From Geosiphon pyriformis uo1 (taxonomy: Eukaryota; Fungi; Glomeromycota), in contig JAAOMT010000649.1 in assembly GCA_016748015.1 (NCBI GenBank), positions 73,266-136,897 of the forward strand: a stretch of 63,632 bases of DNA, written 5' to 3'. Every line of letters starts with the position of its first letter. The stretch's first letter is position 1. Position numbers and translations under genes: made by a program. Below the pieces are notes generated by a model. That model saw only the letters and a program-made list of their open reading frames with translations. It did no database searches and was not told where the DNA came from. Shown here piece by piece: positions 1 to 13,604 of this stretch.

Positions 1-287
1 ATCTTAGTTATTTCCATCAAAGAATTTTGTAGTTTTTGCACCTGCGCCTTCCACTCATTTTTCTCTACTTTTAAATCATTTGCTTCTTCTTCCAACTCTT
101 CCTTTTCTTCTGTCCACTTCTTCCTTTGCTTTTCGTCTACATCCTCCTTCTCTCTCAGATTCTTCTTCAACTCTTCTAATCTATCTCCCTTCTCACCCTT
201 CCTAAACTCCTTCAGCTCCTCCACGCATCTCCTATACTCGGTCTTAGCGTCTCCTAATTCACGTTCGACTCTGTCGACACTAGCCAT
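1..287 (-). CDS. 5' end of a gene running off the window edge; highly charged coiled-coil N-terminus (possibly Crinkler-like family)
   Basis: ATG at 287 opens a frame to the window edge: MASVDRVERELGDAKTEYRRCVEELKEFRKGEKGDRLEELKKNLREKEDVDEKQRKKWTEEKEELEEEANDLKVEKNEWKAQVQKLQNSLMEITK. GC-richer than the flanks, no stops. Family assignment is only a resemblance. Confidence 0.55.
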   Translation of the reverse strand, partial: MASVDRVERELGDAKTEYRRCVEELKEFRKGEKGDRLEELKKNLREKEDVDEKQRKKWTEEKEELEEEANDLKVEKNEWKAQVQKLQNSLMEITK

Positions 288-1439
288 GGTGTTTTGCGTG
301 TTTGTTATGGTTTGGGAAGATATGGGCCTAATATATGTTTGGTTCGTGTCAATGACGTTTCAGATCTTTGATTTATCAGTATTTAGGTAACAAACCCGCT
401 ATTGTTCAATTATAACCCTGCCGTATGCCTATATAATATAATTGTTTTTTAATAATTATTGTATTGTGCAATATTCATTAAATTATTTTTGTTTTGTTAA
501 AATAACATTCTTATTGTTTTATATATTTAATATTGAATAAAATTCGGTTCATAATTTTAAAATAAAAATAATGGTAAGTTTTAAAATTGGAAATTAAATA
601 TATTTTTAATATTATTTTGCATATATATATGTAACTTTATATTAATTTTAAACTTATGAAATAAAATTTTATATATTTAATTTATAAATAAAACAAATTT
701 AATAATGTTATTTTTTAAGTATTAATTAAATATAATTTAATTAAAACTTAAACTTATATTAAGCTATATAAATTAAAAAAACTATTTGTTTTTATTTTAT
801 ATATGTTTTTAGCAACTTTTTATTTAAATACTAATTTAATTTTTATTTTAAACATTATATATTTAAGTTTTAATACTTTATTATTACTTTTATATTTTTA
901 CAAAATTATTAATTAATTATTTTTATTTTTATTTTTATTAAATAAATTTATTATTTTTTATTATTTAAAAAACATATATTATAGTTTTTATAAATTTTTA
1001 AACAATAAAACAATAATATTTAATTTTAAATAAAACTATTTTTAAAAAAGTAAAAAAACAGTTTTTATTTTACAAGATAATAATTTTTTAACTTAAATTT
1101 AATAGCTATTATTAATAATACTATAATTAAAAAAAAGTCAATAAATAGAACTATTTATGGTTTTATAAATAATATTTTTACACAAAAATTTAAAGTTTTG
1201 GTTAAAAATATTAAAAACTTAGTTAATAAGATAAAATTAATTTTAAAGATACTTTTAAATAATATTTGTATTAAATAATTTAAAAACTAATTTTGCAAAA
1301 ACGATAAATTTTTTTTTAAATATTAATATTAATTAAAAAACAAATAATAAAAGTGAAATTTTTTTATATTTTTAATCAAATATTTTAAGACTAAAAAAAT
1401 AAATACAAATAAATAATAGTTTTTTTATTTTATATTTTA

Positions 1440-4400
1440 TTGCTTTGGTAAGAATCTCTAAATAGTTTTTGATATTGTTATAATTTTTGGAATCTATAGT
1501 TGTGTGATTTTGTTAATTAGATTGGTAAGTTGTAGTGAGATTGCTGTTGGTGTTAATTTTTTTATTCTAAAAAAATTATTAAAATTGATATGTAGTTTTT
1601 TAGGTTTGTGATATATAATATATTTGTAGTCTGCTAGGAAATTATTCTATTAAGATTGTTTGGCACTTTGTTCAAATTTTTTTTTGTTGAGCCATTTGGG
1701 CCAATATTGTTAATTATAATGTCAAATTTTTTTTTATTCTTTAGATATTGTTGAAAATGTTTGAGAGCTTAAATAACTGTGATAACTTTTAATTCTGTTG
1801 AATTATATTTGAGTTCTTTTAGTTTAAGTGTTTTATTGATATGAATGATTACTTATTTATTGCCATTGTTATCTAATTGTAAAAAAATGACACCAAAAGC
1901 TATATATAAAGCATTAATAACTAACTAAAATTGCTTATTAAAGTCTAAATAAGCAAAAATTGGTGTTATTATGAGTTTTTTTTTAAAAATATTGAATGCA
2001 ATTTGTTGTGTTGAAGTTTATTGATATTTAACATTTTTGTTAGTAAGATGATTGAAAAGTTTGGCGATTTTCAAAAATCTTTTGATAAATTTCTGATAGT
2101 AAAAAGCTAAGTTAATAAATTTTTTTAGTTCTGTGATATTTTAGAGAATCTTAAAGTTTTTTACAGTACTAACTGTTCCTAAATTGGGTAACACTTTATC
2201 TTTATTAACAATATAACCAAAAAAGATTAAACTTGTTTTTTTAAAGTGATATTTTTTAATGTTTAATTTCAATCTTGCTTTCCATAATCATTGAAAAACT
2301 TTTTATGAATGAATTAAATAAGCTTCAAAGCTTAAAGAGTATACATTAGTGTTATCAAGATAGACAACTATTAATTGTCATAAGAGTCTTTTATAAACAA
2401 TATTCATAAGTCACTAGAATATTGCTGGTATATTACAAAGTTCAAATAATATAATATTGAACTTATAGTTTTTTTTTGAGTTGTGAATGCTGTTTTGGGA
2501 TGGTCTTTAGAATTTATTTTAACTTGCCAATATCTACTTTCCAAGTATAATATTGAGAAAAACTTGGCTTTTTTTTAAGTATTTAACATATTGTCAATTC
2601 TTGGAAGTAGATATATATCTCTAATTATAATATTATTTAATTAGTAATAGTTAACACAAAATCTGATTTTTCCATTTTTTTTTAACTAAAACTACTAATA
2701 AGGCTCAAAAACTTCTTAATAATTGAATTAATCTATTATTGAGCATTCTTTGAACTTTTTTTCTAACAAATTTGTGGCTAGTAAATAATACTTGATAAGT
2801 TTGTTAATGTTTTAGTAAAGCATTTCTTGTGTAAATCTAATGTTGAACAATATCAGTTTTTTTAAAGTTATTGTTATCTTTGGCAAATATATTAGCATAT
2901 TTAGTAATTAATTGTTTTAATCATTTTTGTTGTTGGAGTTTTAGAGAACTCATGTTAATTTGAGCTAATTTTTCTTTAATAAAGTAGTAATTTTTAATAA
3001 TATTAGTAATATTTAAATTTGAGAATAGGATATGTTTCACAATTTTGATAAAATTAGAGACAATCTAAAGAGTTTTATCTTGGAAAATGTTGCTATGCAT
3101 GATTTCAATTTCTAATTTATTTAATAAAACAATAGGGTAATTGTTGAAATTATAGAATATAACTTGAAATTTTTTTATTCCTTGTGAATATAAATATTTG
3201 AAATTAAAATTTTATGCTTTAAGCAAATTTGTTCATTTGACTTAAAGATTTGTTGAGTGATAGTGAGTTTTGAGCAAATGTAAATTTTGTGATATTTTTC
3301 AAAAAATAAAATGGTAATTGGTTGGAGAACTCAAAAAATCTGGTAAGATTTATTTTATGTATTGAAAGCTATGTTTACTGGAATTGTAAATCATCTAGTT
3401 GAACCAAAACTTTGAGTTTCTTTTTTACTTTTTTCCAATTGTTTTCTGTTGTTAATTGATTTTAAATCTAAAATGTTAATTAAGAGTAGATAAATGGCTT
3501 ATGCAATTTTTTCAGCATGCTTTATTTTAAATAATTTCTCAGTTTTATTTTGTAGTATAATAGTAATGTCTTCAGTGTATTCTGTATCTATAATTCTTTC
3601 TTTAATGTTGATTTTTTTGTTTGCTAATGATAATTGGGAAGCAATTTAAATCATTGCTTCTGGTAGCATTTTAAGAACAATTTTAAGAAATTTTAGTAAA
3701 AAACTTTGGTTGAAAGACTAAAGTATTTTTGCCAGAATATTATAGGTTATATTCAGCATCTATTTCGTGGACTTTTTCTGGCTTGATTCCTTGGCCATTG
3801 TTATCAAAATATTTAAGTTATATAACTGGTTGATTTTCAGTAAGATAGATTAAAATTGGTACAATTTTTTTTTCTAACTTAAGTTTTTCAAACTTGAATT
3901 TTTTCTGGTTATTTTTGCTAAACAAAAAAATATTAAGAGCATAGTATTTTAAATACTATTTGTCATTACAAAGCATGATGTATTCTTTACATAATTAAAT
4001 ATTTATTTGCTTTAATTGTTAAATTTAAGTTTCTTGAATTGAATAAATGTGGCTTATAATTTGATAGTATGTTTCTATTTCATTTTCATAGTTAAATCTA
4101 GTTAATTTTATTGTGTACTTAATGTATTTAGCTTTTTTTATTTGATAAACATTTTTTTGAGTTCTTTTATTAATTAGAATTATAGCCAGTTCATAAATTA
4201 TCTCAATATTATGTAAATAATAATAAAGTATATTGAGAGTGCTATCATAAGCAGCATTAAATAAGGTTCCTCTTTTTACTTTTTCAGTAATTGATAAAGC
4301 ATATTAACAAGTTTAATTACAAACTTTTTTTATTGCAATGTCAATCCAGTTGTATTTTTTTAGTAGTATTTTTTCACATATAAAACAAAGAGTGTTGTCT

Positions 4401-7400
4401 TATTTTCTATTTTGTTTAAAATATCTAAATTGTTTTCTATAACAGGCTTTGCAAAAGTAGCAGGTATAGGTTTCATATTCTTTTTCTGAGAATATACATG
4501 CTCTTATTAACAAAAGTTTTTTGTTGTAATTTTTGTATTTAAGTAGAATATAAGGTGATTGTTTCTATGATTTTAATATAAAATAATGAACAAAATTTTA
4601 TTTTTTGATTTCCTTAAAAATTTCTTGTTTGGTCTTTTTAATCCAATTGGATGGTGATTTAAAAGCCATAAAGGTTTTGGTAATTGGTATTTTTTTCTTT
4701 TCTTTAAATTCAAACACTAGGACTTTTTTAGATTATTTGTTAAAAGTACTATATATAACAAGTATTCTGATGTATTGTTTTTGGTATGAAATTTTTAATT
4801 CCTAAGTTTTTTAATCTAAATTTGCATTGGCCTTAAGAAACCAATTATTTTTAATAAGAGCTTGATATTGGAGTGTCTTTATAACTAAAACTTTAACTGA
4901 AATAGTGATTCTATTAATAGTAAATAAAAAGTTGTCAATTTCTCCTATTGGTGTTTTTTTTATGCCATCAGTTGTAACAATTACAGTTTAAGCTGGTCTG
5001 TCAATATTTTTCCCAAGCTGTTGTATCAATTGATAGATAATAATGCTTCTAGTAAATCCATTGTTTAGAATTAAACGGATTTGTTTTTTTTCTACTTCAG
5101 CTTTAGTATATATAGTTGTGATTGCTTTTTGTTTATTAACTGCTGTATTACTAAACAAAAATGATGATTTATTGGCTTCAAATTCAAATAGAAATATATT
5201 TGAGAAGTTGGCATTTTAAACAATTTAAACTAGTAAAATAGTATTGTTAAAAGAGTTTGATCTTGGTACTGCAGTTTCATCTTTAGAAAATGTAGTTTGT
5301 TAAAAATTCAATTTTTCAAGTATTGTTAAATAACTGAGTTAAGTATGGTAGTGATTGAATCTTTGCTGATCAGAATTTTGGAGAACTAACTGGTTGTTTG
5401 AATTAATTCTGTTGTTGTTACTTTAAAAGCTATTTTGAAGTATAAATTGGTTTTGTTGAACCAATTTTTAAGCAAGTATTTAATATTGTTAAGTGGGTAG
5501 TAATTAATATTGCTGAATTGGTAAAAGTTGCTGGTATTGTAGCTGCATTGGTTGTAAAGCAGATTGATAATAACTGTTTTGATTTTGTGGTCTTGGTGAG
5601 TAGTAAATTGGTGGTAAAAGTTAATAACAGGATTGCTAAAGTTGAAAATAACATTGATTATTCTTTTATTGTTGGTCTTTTTGCATTTTTTGACAATTTT
5701 GTTTCTAATATTCTGAAATTCCACAATAATGACAGTTTTGAAATTGGTTGTTAGATAATAATATGTAATTTTTTTGATTGTATTATTGGGATAATTAATA
5801 TTTTTGCTGTGGTTGTTAGTTGATAAAACAAGCTTCAATCTTCTTTGTGAATTGGTCAATTTTTTTTTAGCTGCTAAGCTGGTTTTTCCAATGGCAAAAT
5901 TTACAAGCTTTATGTAATTTGCTTTTTTTATTGCTATTTTATAGTTTTTTGCATGTTAAATAGCTGTAGCTAAGTTTATTAAAACATAAAAACAAACTTT
6001 TTTGATTAGTTTATCTTTTAATTCTGCAATGAACTGATCCAAAATTTGAGCATTGAAATAGTAGTCATTGGTTTCTAATTGTCAAATTTGTCTAAAAAAT
6101 TTGTTGAATTTTCTAAGGTAAATTATAATAGATTTAGATGGTTTTTACTTGATGTTTTGAAATCAGTTTTGGAGTGTAATAGATGTATTGTTGTCAGTAA
6201 ATTGTTATAAAAAAGCATTTTTAAATGCTTGCCAGTTTTCAAAAAGTTTATCTAAATTTTCAAACTATTTACCTACAGTTTCTTAAAGAATATAAGAAAT
6301 TGCTTTGAGTATTTTTGCTGTATTTTATCTATTTATATTTCCTGTTTTTAAAACTTTGTCAAGCCATTCTTGAAGACTAGTATTATTATTTTTACTAGTA
6401 AATTTTGGAATTTTTACAATATAAGCAGTTGTTATTTTTTTTTTATTTTCAGTAGTTTTTTTTCCTGTAATTTCAAATGTGTTTTTACTATTATTAAAGT
6501 AATTGTTTTGGTTTTCTGCTAAAAAATCAAAAAAATTGGTGCCAGTGGATATTAATTCTGGTTGTTGAATAGGATTTTTAAGTAAAGTGAAATTTTCTGG
6601 TTTTAAAAATCAGATTAGGGGTGAGTTGAAAGTTTGTAGTTAAGCAAATAAAATTAGAAATAGTGTAATAGAAAGTGGTAATTTAATACTGATTCCTTGT
6701 TTAAGTATTTGCAAATATTTGGCAATTGTTTTTGATGTATTTGTGAATTATATGGCTAACTTGATGTGTTTTTTTCTTTTGCTTTCTGCTGTTACTATTC
6801 TCTGGTTTTGATTCAAAGTCGAAAGAGTATTTGAACTGTACTGGGTATTTTTTTTCACAATACTGAATAATGTTAAAATTAAGTTCTTGGAAGTAATTAT
6901 TAAGTATTTTACTGTTAAGGTCTTCAGTTTTTAAATAAAAATAGGGCAATAAATTTTCATAGAGTTTGTTTTTAACTTCAAAAATATTGTAGTTTCCAAA
7001 AAAATAATTATTAATACAGTTTTTAATATATTGGTATAGTGTTTTCTTGAAAATTTCAATTCTGTCTTGAATGTTAAATCTTTGCTTGCATTAAGTGTAA
7101 ATTAACTAATAATACTTTAAAGTTGTTATGTTAATTGTGGTCACTACTTTGAATTTAGTATTACTGTGTTATTTTCATAAAAGAGTACCAAATATTACTA
7201 AAGGTTTTTGGTCTTTTTTCTTGAATATTGTTAATATTTGTTTGATGTAAATTTACATTTTTTGGAAGTAATTGAACCTCCAATAACTGAATTTATCTTC
7301 AAATTATAGAAGATAATTTGAACTGCTGGGCTTATAAGTAAAATGACCAATTTTATGCCAGTTATTTTATGTAGTTACATTGTAGTAAACATCAACTTTT

Positions 7401-7915
7401 TCCCAAAAATTGCTTATCTAGAAGCTTACTAAAAATGTGTAATTACTTTGCTGTGAAAGTCAACTCTTTTACAGAAATTTTATTTGTAGATTACTCTAAT
7501 AATTATACTAAGAAAATAAAAAAAAATGCAAAAAAATTAGAATTCTGTCAAAGGAAACATTTTTTATCCATATCTAGAGTTACTAACAGCTTATTGAAAT
7601 TGGTAGCTAATCAATTTTAAAGTATTAGTTAGAGGATTTTTTTTTTGGAATTTCAAGTAAAAATAATTAGAAAATTGGTTTTTTAAATATTTGATTTATT
7701 TATATAAAAAATGATTAATTCTATCCAAAATTATTGGTCTGTTGTAAAATACTTTTTTTTGAAAAAAAAAGCTCTTCTTTTATATAACTTGTTGTAGTAC
7801 TAGTCTCTGAATTTACACTTTTCTCTTTGCTATAATTTTAGGAAATTAAAGATATATTTTGGTAAATTACAAATTATTTTTACAACTATTGATTATTTTG
7901 GCCAATTTTTACCAA
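1440..7915 (-). mobile_element. Heavily mutated Ty3/Gypsy LTR retrotransposon (gag-PR-unknown domain-dUTPase-RT-RNase H), truncated at the start of integrase
   Basis: Minus-strand relics. Gag ~5900-6430 (LQEWLDKV..; FENWQAFKNAF; QILDQFIAELKDKLIKKV). Protease ~4830-5130 (RLILNNGFTRSII = LILDSGSAGSII). dUTPase ~3390-3830. RT ~2130-2900 (FSILYLESRYWQV..PKTAFTT; VVYLDN at 2351-2362 = YLDD). RNase H ~1560-2060 (VI*ALKHFQQYL). Domain order PR-RT-RH-(IN) is Gypsy-type. Confidence 0.9.
3390..3830 (-). pseudogene. dUTPase domain inside the Gypsy pol
   Basis: KYFDNNGQGIKPEKVHEIDAEYNL (motif I, AGYDL), IASQLSLA (motif II, RSS), RIIDTEYTEDI (motif III, GIIDAGYTG), EKIA*A (motif IV), ETQSFGST (motif V, GFGSTG). 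Confidence 0.85.
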
Positions 7916-8089
7916 ATTCGGCGAATTTTTGAATATTAAATGGTTTAAGATATTGTGTAATTTGATTATTTTAATTTCTATATTATAAATTAAATTATTA
8001 ATTATATGATAATATTCAATAATTTAATTAAATAATAAGTGATAATTAAAATGATAATAATATATACTAATTAATATTAGAAATTAAAA

Positions 8090-9550
8090 AAATAATTTCA
8101 TGTTAATTGATAGCTAAAATTCTATTAATAACAATGGTTTAATAGAAACTTTAGAAAACAAATGATAAAAAACAGCTAATAATATACAAAAGTTATAAAC
8201 AAAACAAAAAAAACAACATAATAACCAGTTACCAAATAAGCCAATCAAATTTAAAATTAAAAACAAAGAATTTTTATATTGTACTCAAGCAAAAAAACAA
8301 TAGAGTGAAAAATTTGATCCCAAATGAGATAGATTATTTTATATTAAAAAAATTTAAGAAATAAAGCTTATAAATTAAGATAAAACAACAAAATATTAGC
8401 TAAAACAGTACATAAAAATTGATTAAAATTCTATTACAATATAGTATTATTATCTATCAGTAATATTTTACAATTTGAAAAACAACAAATACTAATCCAA
8501 CCAAATAAGATTTCATAAAATCTAAAATTAATTATAATTATTAATAAAAACACATCAATTAATCTATAAAAACAGTATATAAAAAACCAATATATATAAC
8601 AAAAGCAAATAAAAAAATAGAAATTACTGATAATATTTACTTATTAGCCCAACAACTATTCCAACTGATTAAACATAAAAAACTTAACATAGAAATTACA
8701 ATCAATTAATAAACCATTCAATATACAGAAAAAAAATGAAAACTCCAATACAAGATACAATATAGAAGATATGGAAGATATAAAAATATAGTAGAAAATA
8801 AAATAACAAAAGTAAAGATATTTATAAAAACTCCAAAGATAATAGTACTATACAAAAAGTTAACAGAAAAAAATTGAAAATAGTAGACACAACAATTTTT
8901 AAAAAAATTTTGTTATTATTACTTGAGACAAATACTTAATATTCAGAACTTATATATAGATAAAATAAAAACAAATATTTAACACAACAATATTATAACA
9001 ACTTAAACAATTCATGAAAAAAAACAATCTATCTATACAGATATAAGCAATATACTATTTATAAACAAAGTTTCAAAACTGTCTAAAAATACTATTATAC
9101 CCAACAATGAATACAGTAACTATCAACCAATTGGAAAATATTATTAATATCCAATTTAAAGAATTACATACCTATATTGTCTAAGTAATTCTCAAAAAAA
9201 AAGTTATGAAGTTAATCTAAGAGAGAAATTTAAAAGATTTAAAAAATCTCAATAGAGTTTAATATTAAAAGAAAGAAATAATATTATTCATAAAAATTAA
9301 AAATTATAATAATAGATAAAATAAATAATCAGAAATAGATATAATAAAAAAAAATTCCAAGATTTCTTTTGAAAAATTGTAAAATTCTAGAATTTTCTTA
9401 AAGAATTACAAGATTTCCAAAAATTTCATATAATATAAATTATATATATATAATGAGAGTATTAAAAGCAGAAAAAATAATTCCAAGAAAATTCAATAGA
9501 ATTCAAATTAATTTAGAACAAAATTTTTTTCTTTAAAAGATAGTTTTCTA
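8090..9550 (+). mobile_element. 3' fragment of a second Gypsy copy in the opposite orientation: integrase C-terminus (GPF domain), a decayed extra ORF, short 3' repeats and a possible PPT/LTR start
   Basis: 8180-8440 reads NQLPNKPIKFKIKNK..EKFDPK*DRLFYIKK..AYKLR..KILAKTVHKN*LKFY, a transition-mutated FKIGD..GKFDPKWDGPFYI..GAYKL..VHGNRLK. Coding-like relic at ~8600-9190; aaaattccaaga-like repeats at 9350-9430. The PPT/LTR boundary near 9549 is tentative. Confidence 0.7.
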
Positions 9551-11289
9551 TAATTTGAAGTGGAATCATTTTCATATTAATAAAATTATTTATTATTATC
9601 AAATTCATGTTATTATTACTTAATTAAAGAAATATTAATTTATTTTACTTTATCAATACTCTATGTTAATAAAATTTAATACTTAACTATACTAGACCAA
9701 TAGCTTTTAATTATAATTATTGATAAAATACTAATTTTTAATTTTTTTTAATTTTTTTAATTTTTTTTATTTTTATTTTTTTGTTGTTTACTAATTAATT
9801 AAAGGAATTAAGCACTAAGTATTTAATGTTAAGAATAGTCTGATAAAAAACTTAAGAATAAAAGTAGAAATTTAAGAATAGTTTACTAAAAAGACATAAT
9901 TGTCAAAATAAACTGGCCAATATGTTGAAGAAAAAAGTTTACAAAAAAAACTATCAATTAAATTTCTGTTTATTATACAAAAAATTCAACCAAAATTTTT
10001 AGATTCTAAAATCTTTAGAAATTATCAACTTTATCAGCTATTAAATATCAAATTAAAGATTTGTTATTTGTTTTAATATCTCAAATAATCATTTGTAACA
10101 ACATAAATTAAATTAATTAAAATTATATAAAAATTCAACATATATAACAAAAAAAAAACTAAAAAATAGAAATTATTAACAATATTTATTCTATACCATA
10201 ATAATTGTTTTAAATTATAAAATACTAAGAGTTAAACATAGAAATCATAATTGTATTCTAATTCAAGTTTGTCAAAACAAAATTTAATATTATTATTATA
10301 GATATATTTTTTTATAAACTTGTTAATTATTATAATATTAAAATTTTTATTTAAAAAACAAAAACAAACAATAATTAATAATACTATTTATTATTATTAA
10401 AAGTTTTTTTACTCATTTTTTAATATTATTAAAACTGTTTATTATTAATTTTATAACTAATAAAAGTCATTAAATTTCTGATAAGCTAATTTATTTCTAA
10501 AGTATTTTTTAAATTTAAGACTATATATATTGTCAAATTTATAATAGAATAATCAATTTAGTACTAATTATTTTATATAGTTATTTTATAATAAAAATTA
10601 ATTTTTTTACAAAAAATTTTGTCTGTAAGTTATTTTACTGTAAAAATCAATTTTTTTTACAAAAATTATGACTATGGATTATCTAATAATATTAAAATAA
10701 AAAATAAAAAAAATTTAAACTAAAAAAAATAGAAAAATATATATAATAAAATTATTTAGATCTAAGCTTAAAAGTGTTAACAGTTATTGAAATTGAAAGT
10801 TAATCAATTTAAAGTTTGTTAGTTTAGGAATAAGTAATTTTAAAGTAATAATAGTTAAAAATTTTTAGTTTTTAAATAATTTTATTGAATTAATTTGTAG
10901 TTAATAATATTTAAAGATAAGCTTAATTTTGAATAAAATATATTTTTTTAAAGAAAAAAGTTTTTTTATACAACTTGTTATAATACTATTCTATAATTTA
11001 GCATTTTTTTCCTAATATTTTGGTAAACTAATATATATTTTATCAAGTTACAAGTTATTTTTGTAAATTTATAAACTATTTTAGTAAATTGTTAGATATT
11101 TTATCAAACTTCTAAGTATTTTAGCAAATTTTAAATATTATATAGTTTAGAATATATTTGTTTTCTCTATAAATTGAATTATTAATTGAATAATAGTTTG
11201 ATAATTTTATAAAATAATAAGTAATAATTTAAAATAATAATATATATAAATTAATAATAAAAATTATAAAAATAATTTTATGCTAATTA

Positions 11290-12830
11290 ATAACTCGAAT
11301 TTTTGCTAGTAATATCAGAAAAAAATATGTTAAACTTCTTAATATACACAAAAATAAAAAGCAATTCTCAAATAAATGAGTTTAAAAATTCAAAAAACAA
11401 AACTAATTACATATTTATTAATTTTATGATAAAGCAAAAAGTATATCAACTGAAAGTTTACCAAAAAAATATTCAAATTTGATCTTGTTAACATATATAA
11501 TGCTAATAAAACAGGATTATTTTTTTATATAGAACCAAATCAAACACTTATAAAACATTAAAATATAGAAAAAAAATTAGTTTATTATATTTATCAATTA
11601 TTATTATTATATATTATTGTTATATTAAATTAATTAGATTTTTTATAAAATAAATTTCGGATTATAACAAATTTAATTAGATCTCACAAATTGCAATCTT
11701 TAATAATTAAACATACAAAAAATCCAAAATGCTTTAAAAAAATTAATACTTTTAACCTATTTGTAATTTACAAATTCAATTCTAAAGCATAGTTGTATTC
11801 AAATATATAAAAAACATAACTTAAATATATAAATAAAGACTTTTAAATTCAAAATTAGCATATATTACATTTAGTTAATAATACAACTTTTTATTATACT
11901 CAAATCAAAAAAAAATTATTTTAATTAATGAATATTATATTGCACTATTTTTTTTCAAATATTATATCATATCTTCAATTAATAAATACTGATATTCTCA
12001 AATTTTTTAAAGACAAATATAAATACTTATATTGTTAACATATTTTACATCAATTTAAACAAAAAATTAATATTGAACAGTTAAGTAATATAATATATAC
12101 AGTATTATTATTATTATATATTATATAATTTTATCTAATATTAATTTATTTTTTAGAAATAAATTAAATATAAAACAAGCAATTAATTATGTTGTTCAAT
12201 CATAAGTTCAAGTATTACCTATTACAATTCAAAACTGTTGACAAAAAACGGATATTTTTTTCTATAATTAAAAATTAGAAATTTAAGAATCCAAAACATC
12301 AATTACTATAGATATATTTAATAATTTATTATCAAATACACAACAATTGGTTAAAATCTCGAAGATTATACTGTAGCAGTTAATAAATTATTGACAACTA
12401 AAAATATTTTTGATGATAATAAAATTGCAGATATGGTTTTAGCTAATGTTTAAATTGAAACCAATACAATTAATAACTCGAAAGAAGAATTAAAAAAATT
12501 TTCAACTGCTATAATTACAATTACAAAAACATATAAAGCATTAAAATAGATAATTAAATTTGAAAAACAATTAGCAGAAAAAGATTTTAGTACAAAAAAC
12601 CAAAATTTACTTAGAAAAAAATTATATGAATATAAAAAAATAAAGAAAGATTTTAAAAAACAGATAATAATTAATCAATATTTTAATAATAATAATAATA
12701 ATAATTTATTAATTTAATAAATAAATATAGTTTATTTGATGATAATTATAAAACTCTATAATAAAACATCTCTATAATAGAACATAATTTGCATGTTTCA
12801 ATTGTGTTTTATTATAAAGATCTGATTGTA
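11290..12830 (+). mobile_element. Decayed pogo/Tigger-like (Tc1-mariner superfamily, DDE_1) DNA transposon, 3' part with right TIR and TA
   Basis: NIYNANKTGLFFYIEPNQTL (~11490-11550; consensus NIYNADETGL), NSKA*L..HILHLVNN (~11780-11880; KAWM..ILLLVDN), AINYVVQS*..TIQNC*QKT (~12180-12250) and C-terminal QIIINQYF. The end reverse-complements to TA|CAATCAGATCTTTATAATAAAAC with repeated tataata(g/a)aac subterminal motifs, like a pogo CAGT-type TIR. Left end not found. Confidence 0.75.
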
Positions 12831-13604
12831 TTTTATAAATTAATATAATATATTTCTAATTACATATGTAATAATATAAAAAATTAAATATTAATTTTAG
12901 TATTTGTTGCACAATCCTTTTTAGATAATTAATTGAATAGTGAAAAACTCTTAGTAATTAAGATTTTTGGCATAAAAATAGATAAATAAGAAATAAAATT
13001 ATAGATACTAGTAATATATTTAAAAACAAAATTTTTTTAAACTAAATTGAAAAATTATTAAAATTATATTTTAATTAACATAAATTATTATATTAAGCTG
13101 CTCTCAAATTTCATGTTACTATTATTTAATTATTTAAATTAAATTAAAGTTTAAAATATTATAAAAAAATTAGAAAAAGCAAAAACTTATTGTAAATTAA
13201 AAATATTTATTTATTTCACAAAATATTTTAATAAATTTTTAAATTTATATTAAAAATATGAATTTTAAAATTTTTTCTTTTTTATTTTATTTTATGATTA
13301 TTTTTTATACATATTTATGTCATAAAATCTATTTAAAATAATATGAATAATTGTATTTAGATTTTTAAATCAAATTCTTAATTAGTTGTTTATTTCTTAA
13401 ATAATTTTTATGAAATTTTAAAAATTTTTTTTATGTAATTTTTTTTTAACTACTAAACTAATTAAATTATTTATATTACTTTTTAATTAAAAATTTTTCA
13501 TTGGTTATAGTAACAAATTATTGTTTATTATTGTAGATTTAAATTATTTTTCATATTTTTTGAACTGAATTTTTTAATAAAATACTATTTTATAATATTA
13601 AAAT

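Noticed and set aside
4605-7620. Short ORFs in the track (4605, 5386, 5430, 5518, 6701, 7435)
   Set aside because: Fragments or antisense shadows of the decayed Gypsy gag-pol, not independent genes.
7895-7914. Possible primer-binding site (minus strand TGGTAAAAATTGGCCAAAAT)
   Set aside because: Position fits, but it is too mutated to assign a tRNA and no LTR pair could be confirmed.
10460-10560. Faint resemblance to a PIF1/Helitron helicase motif (GQxYVALSR) on the minus strand
   Set aside because: Too degenerate to distinguish from chance in AT-rich DNA.
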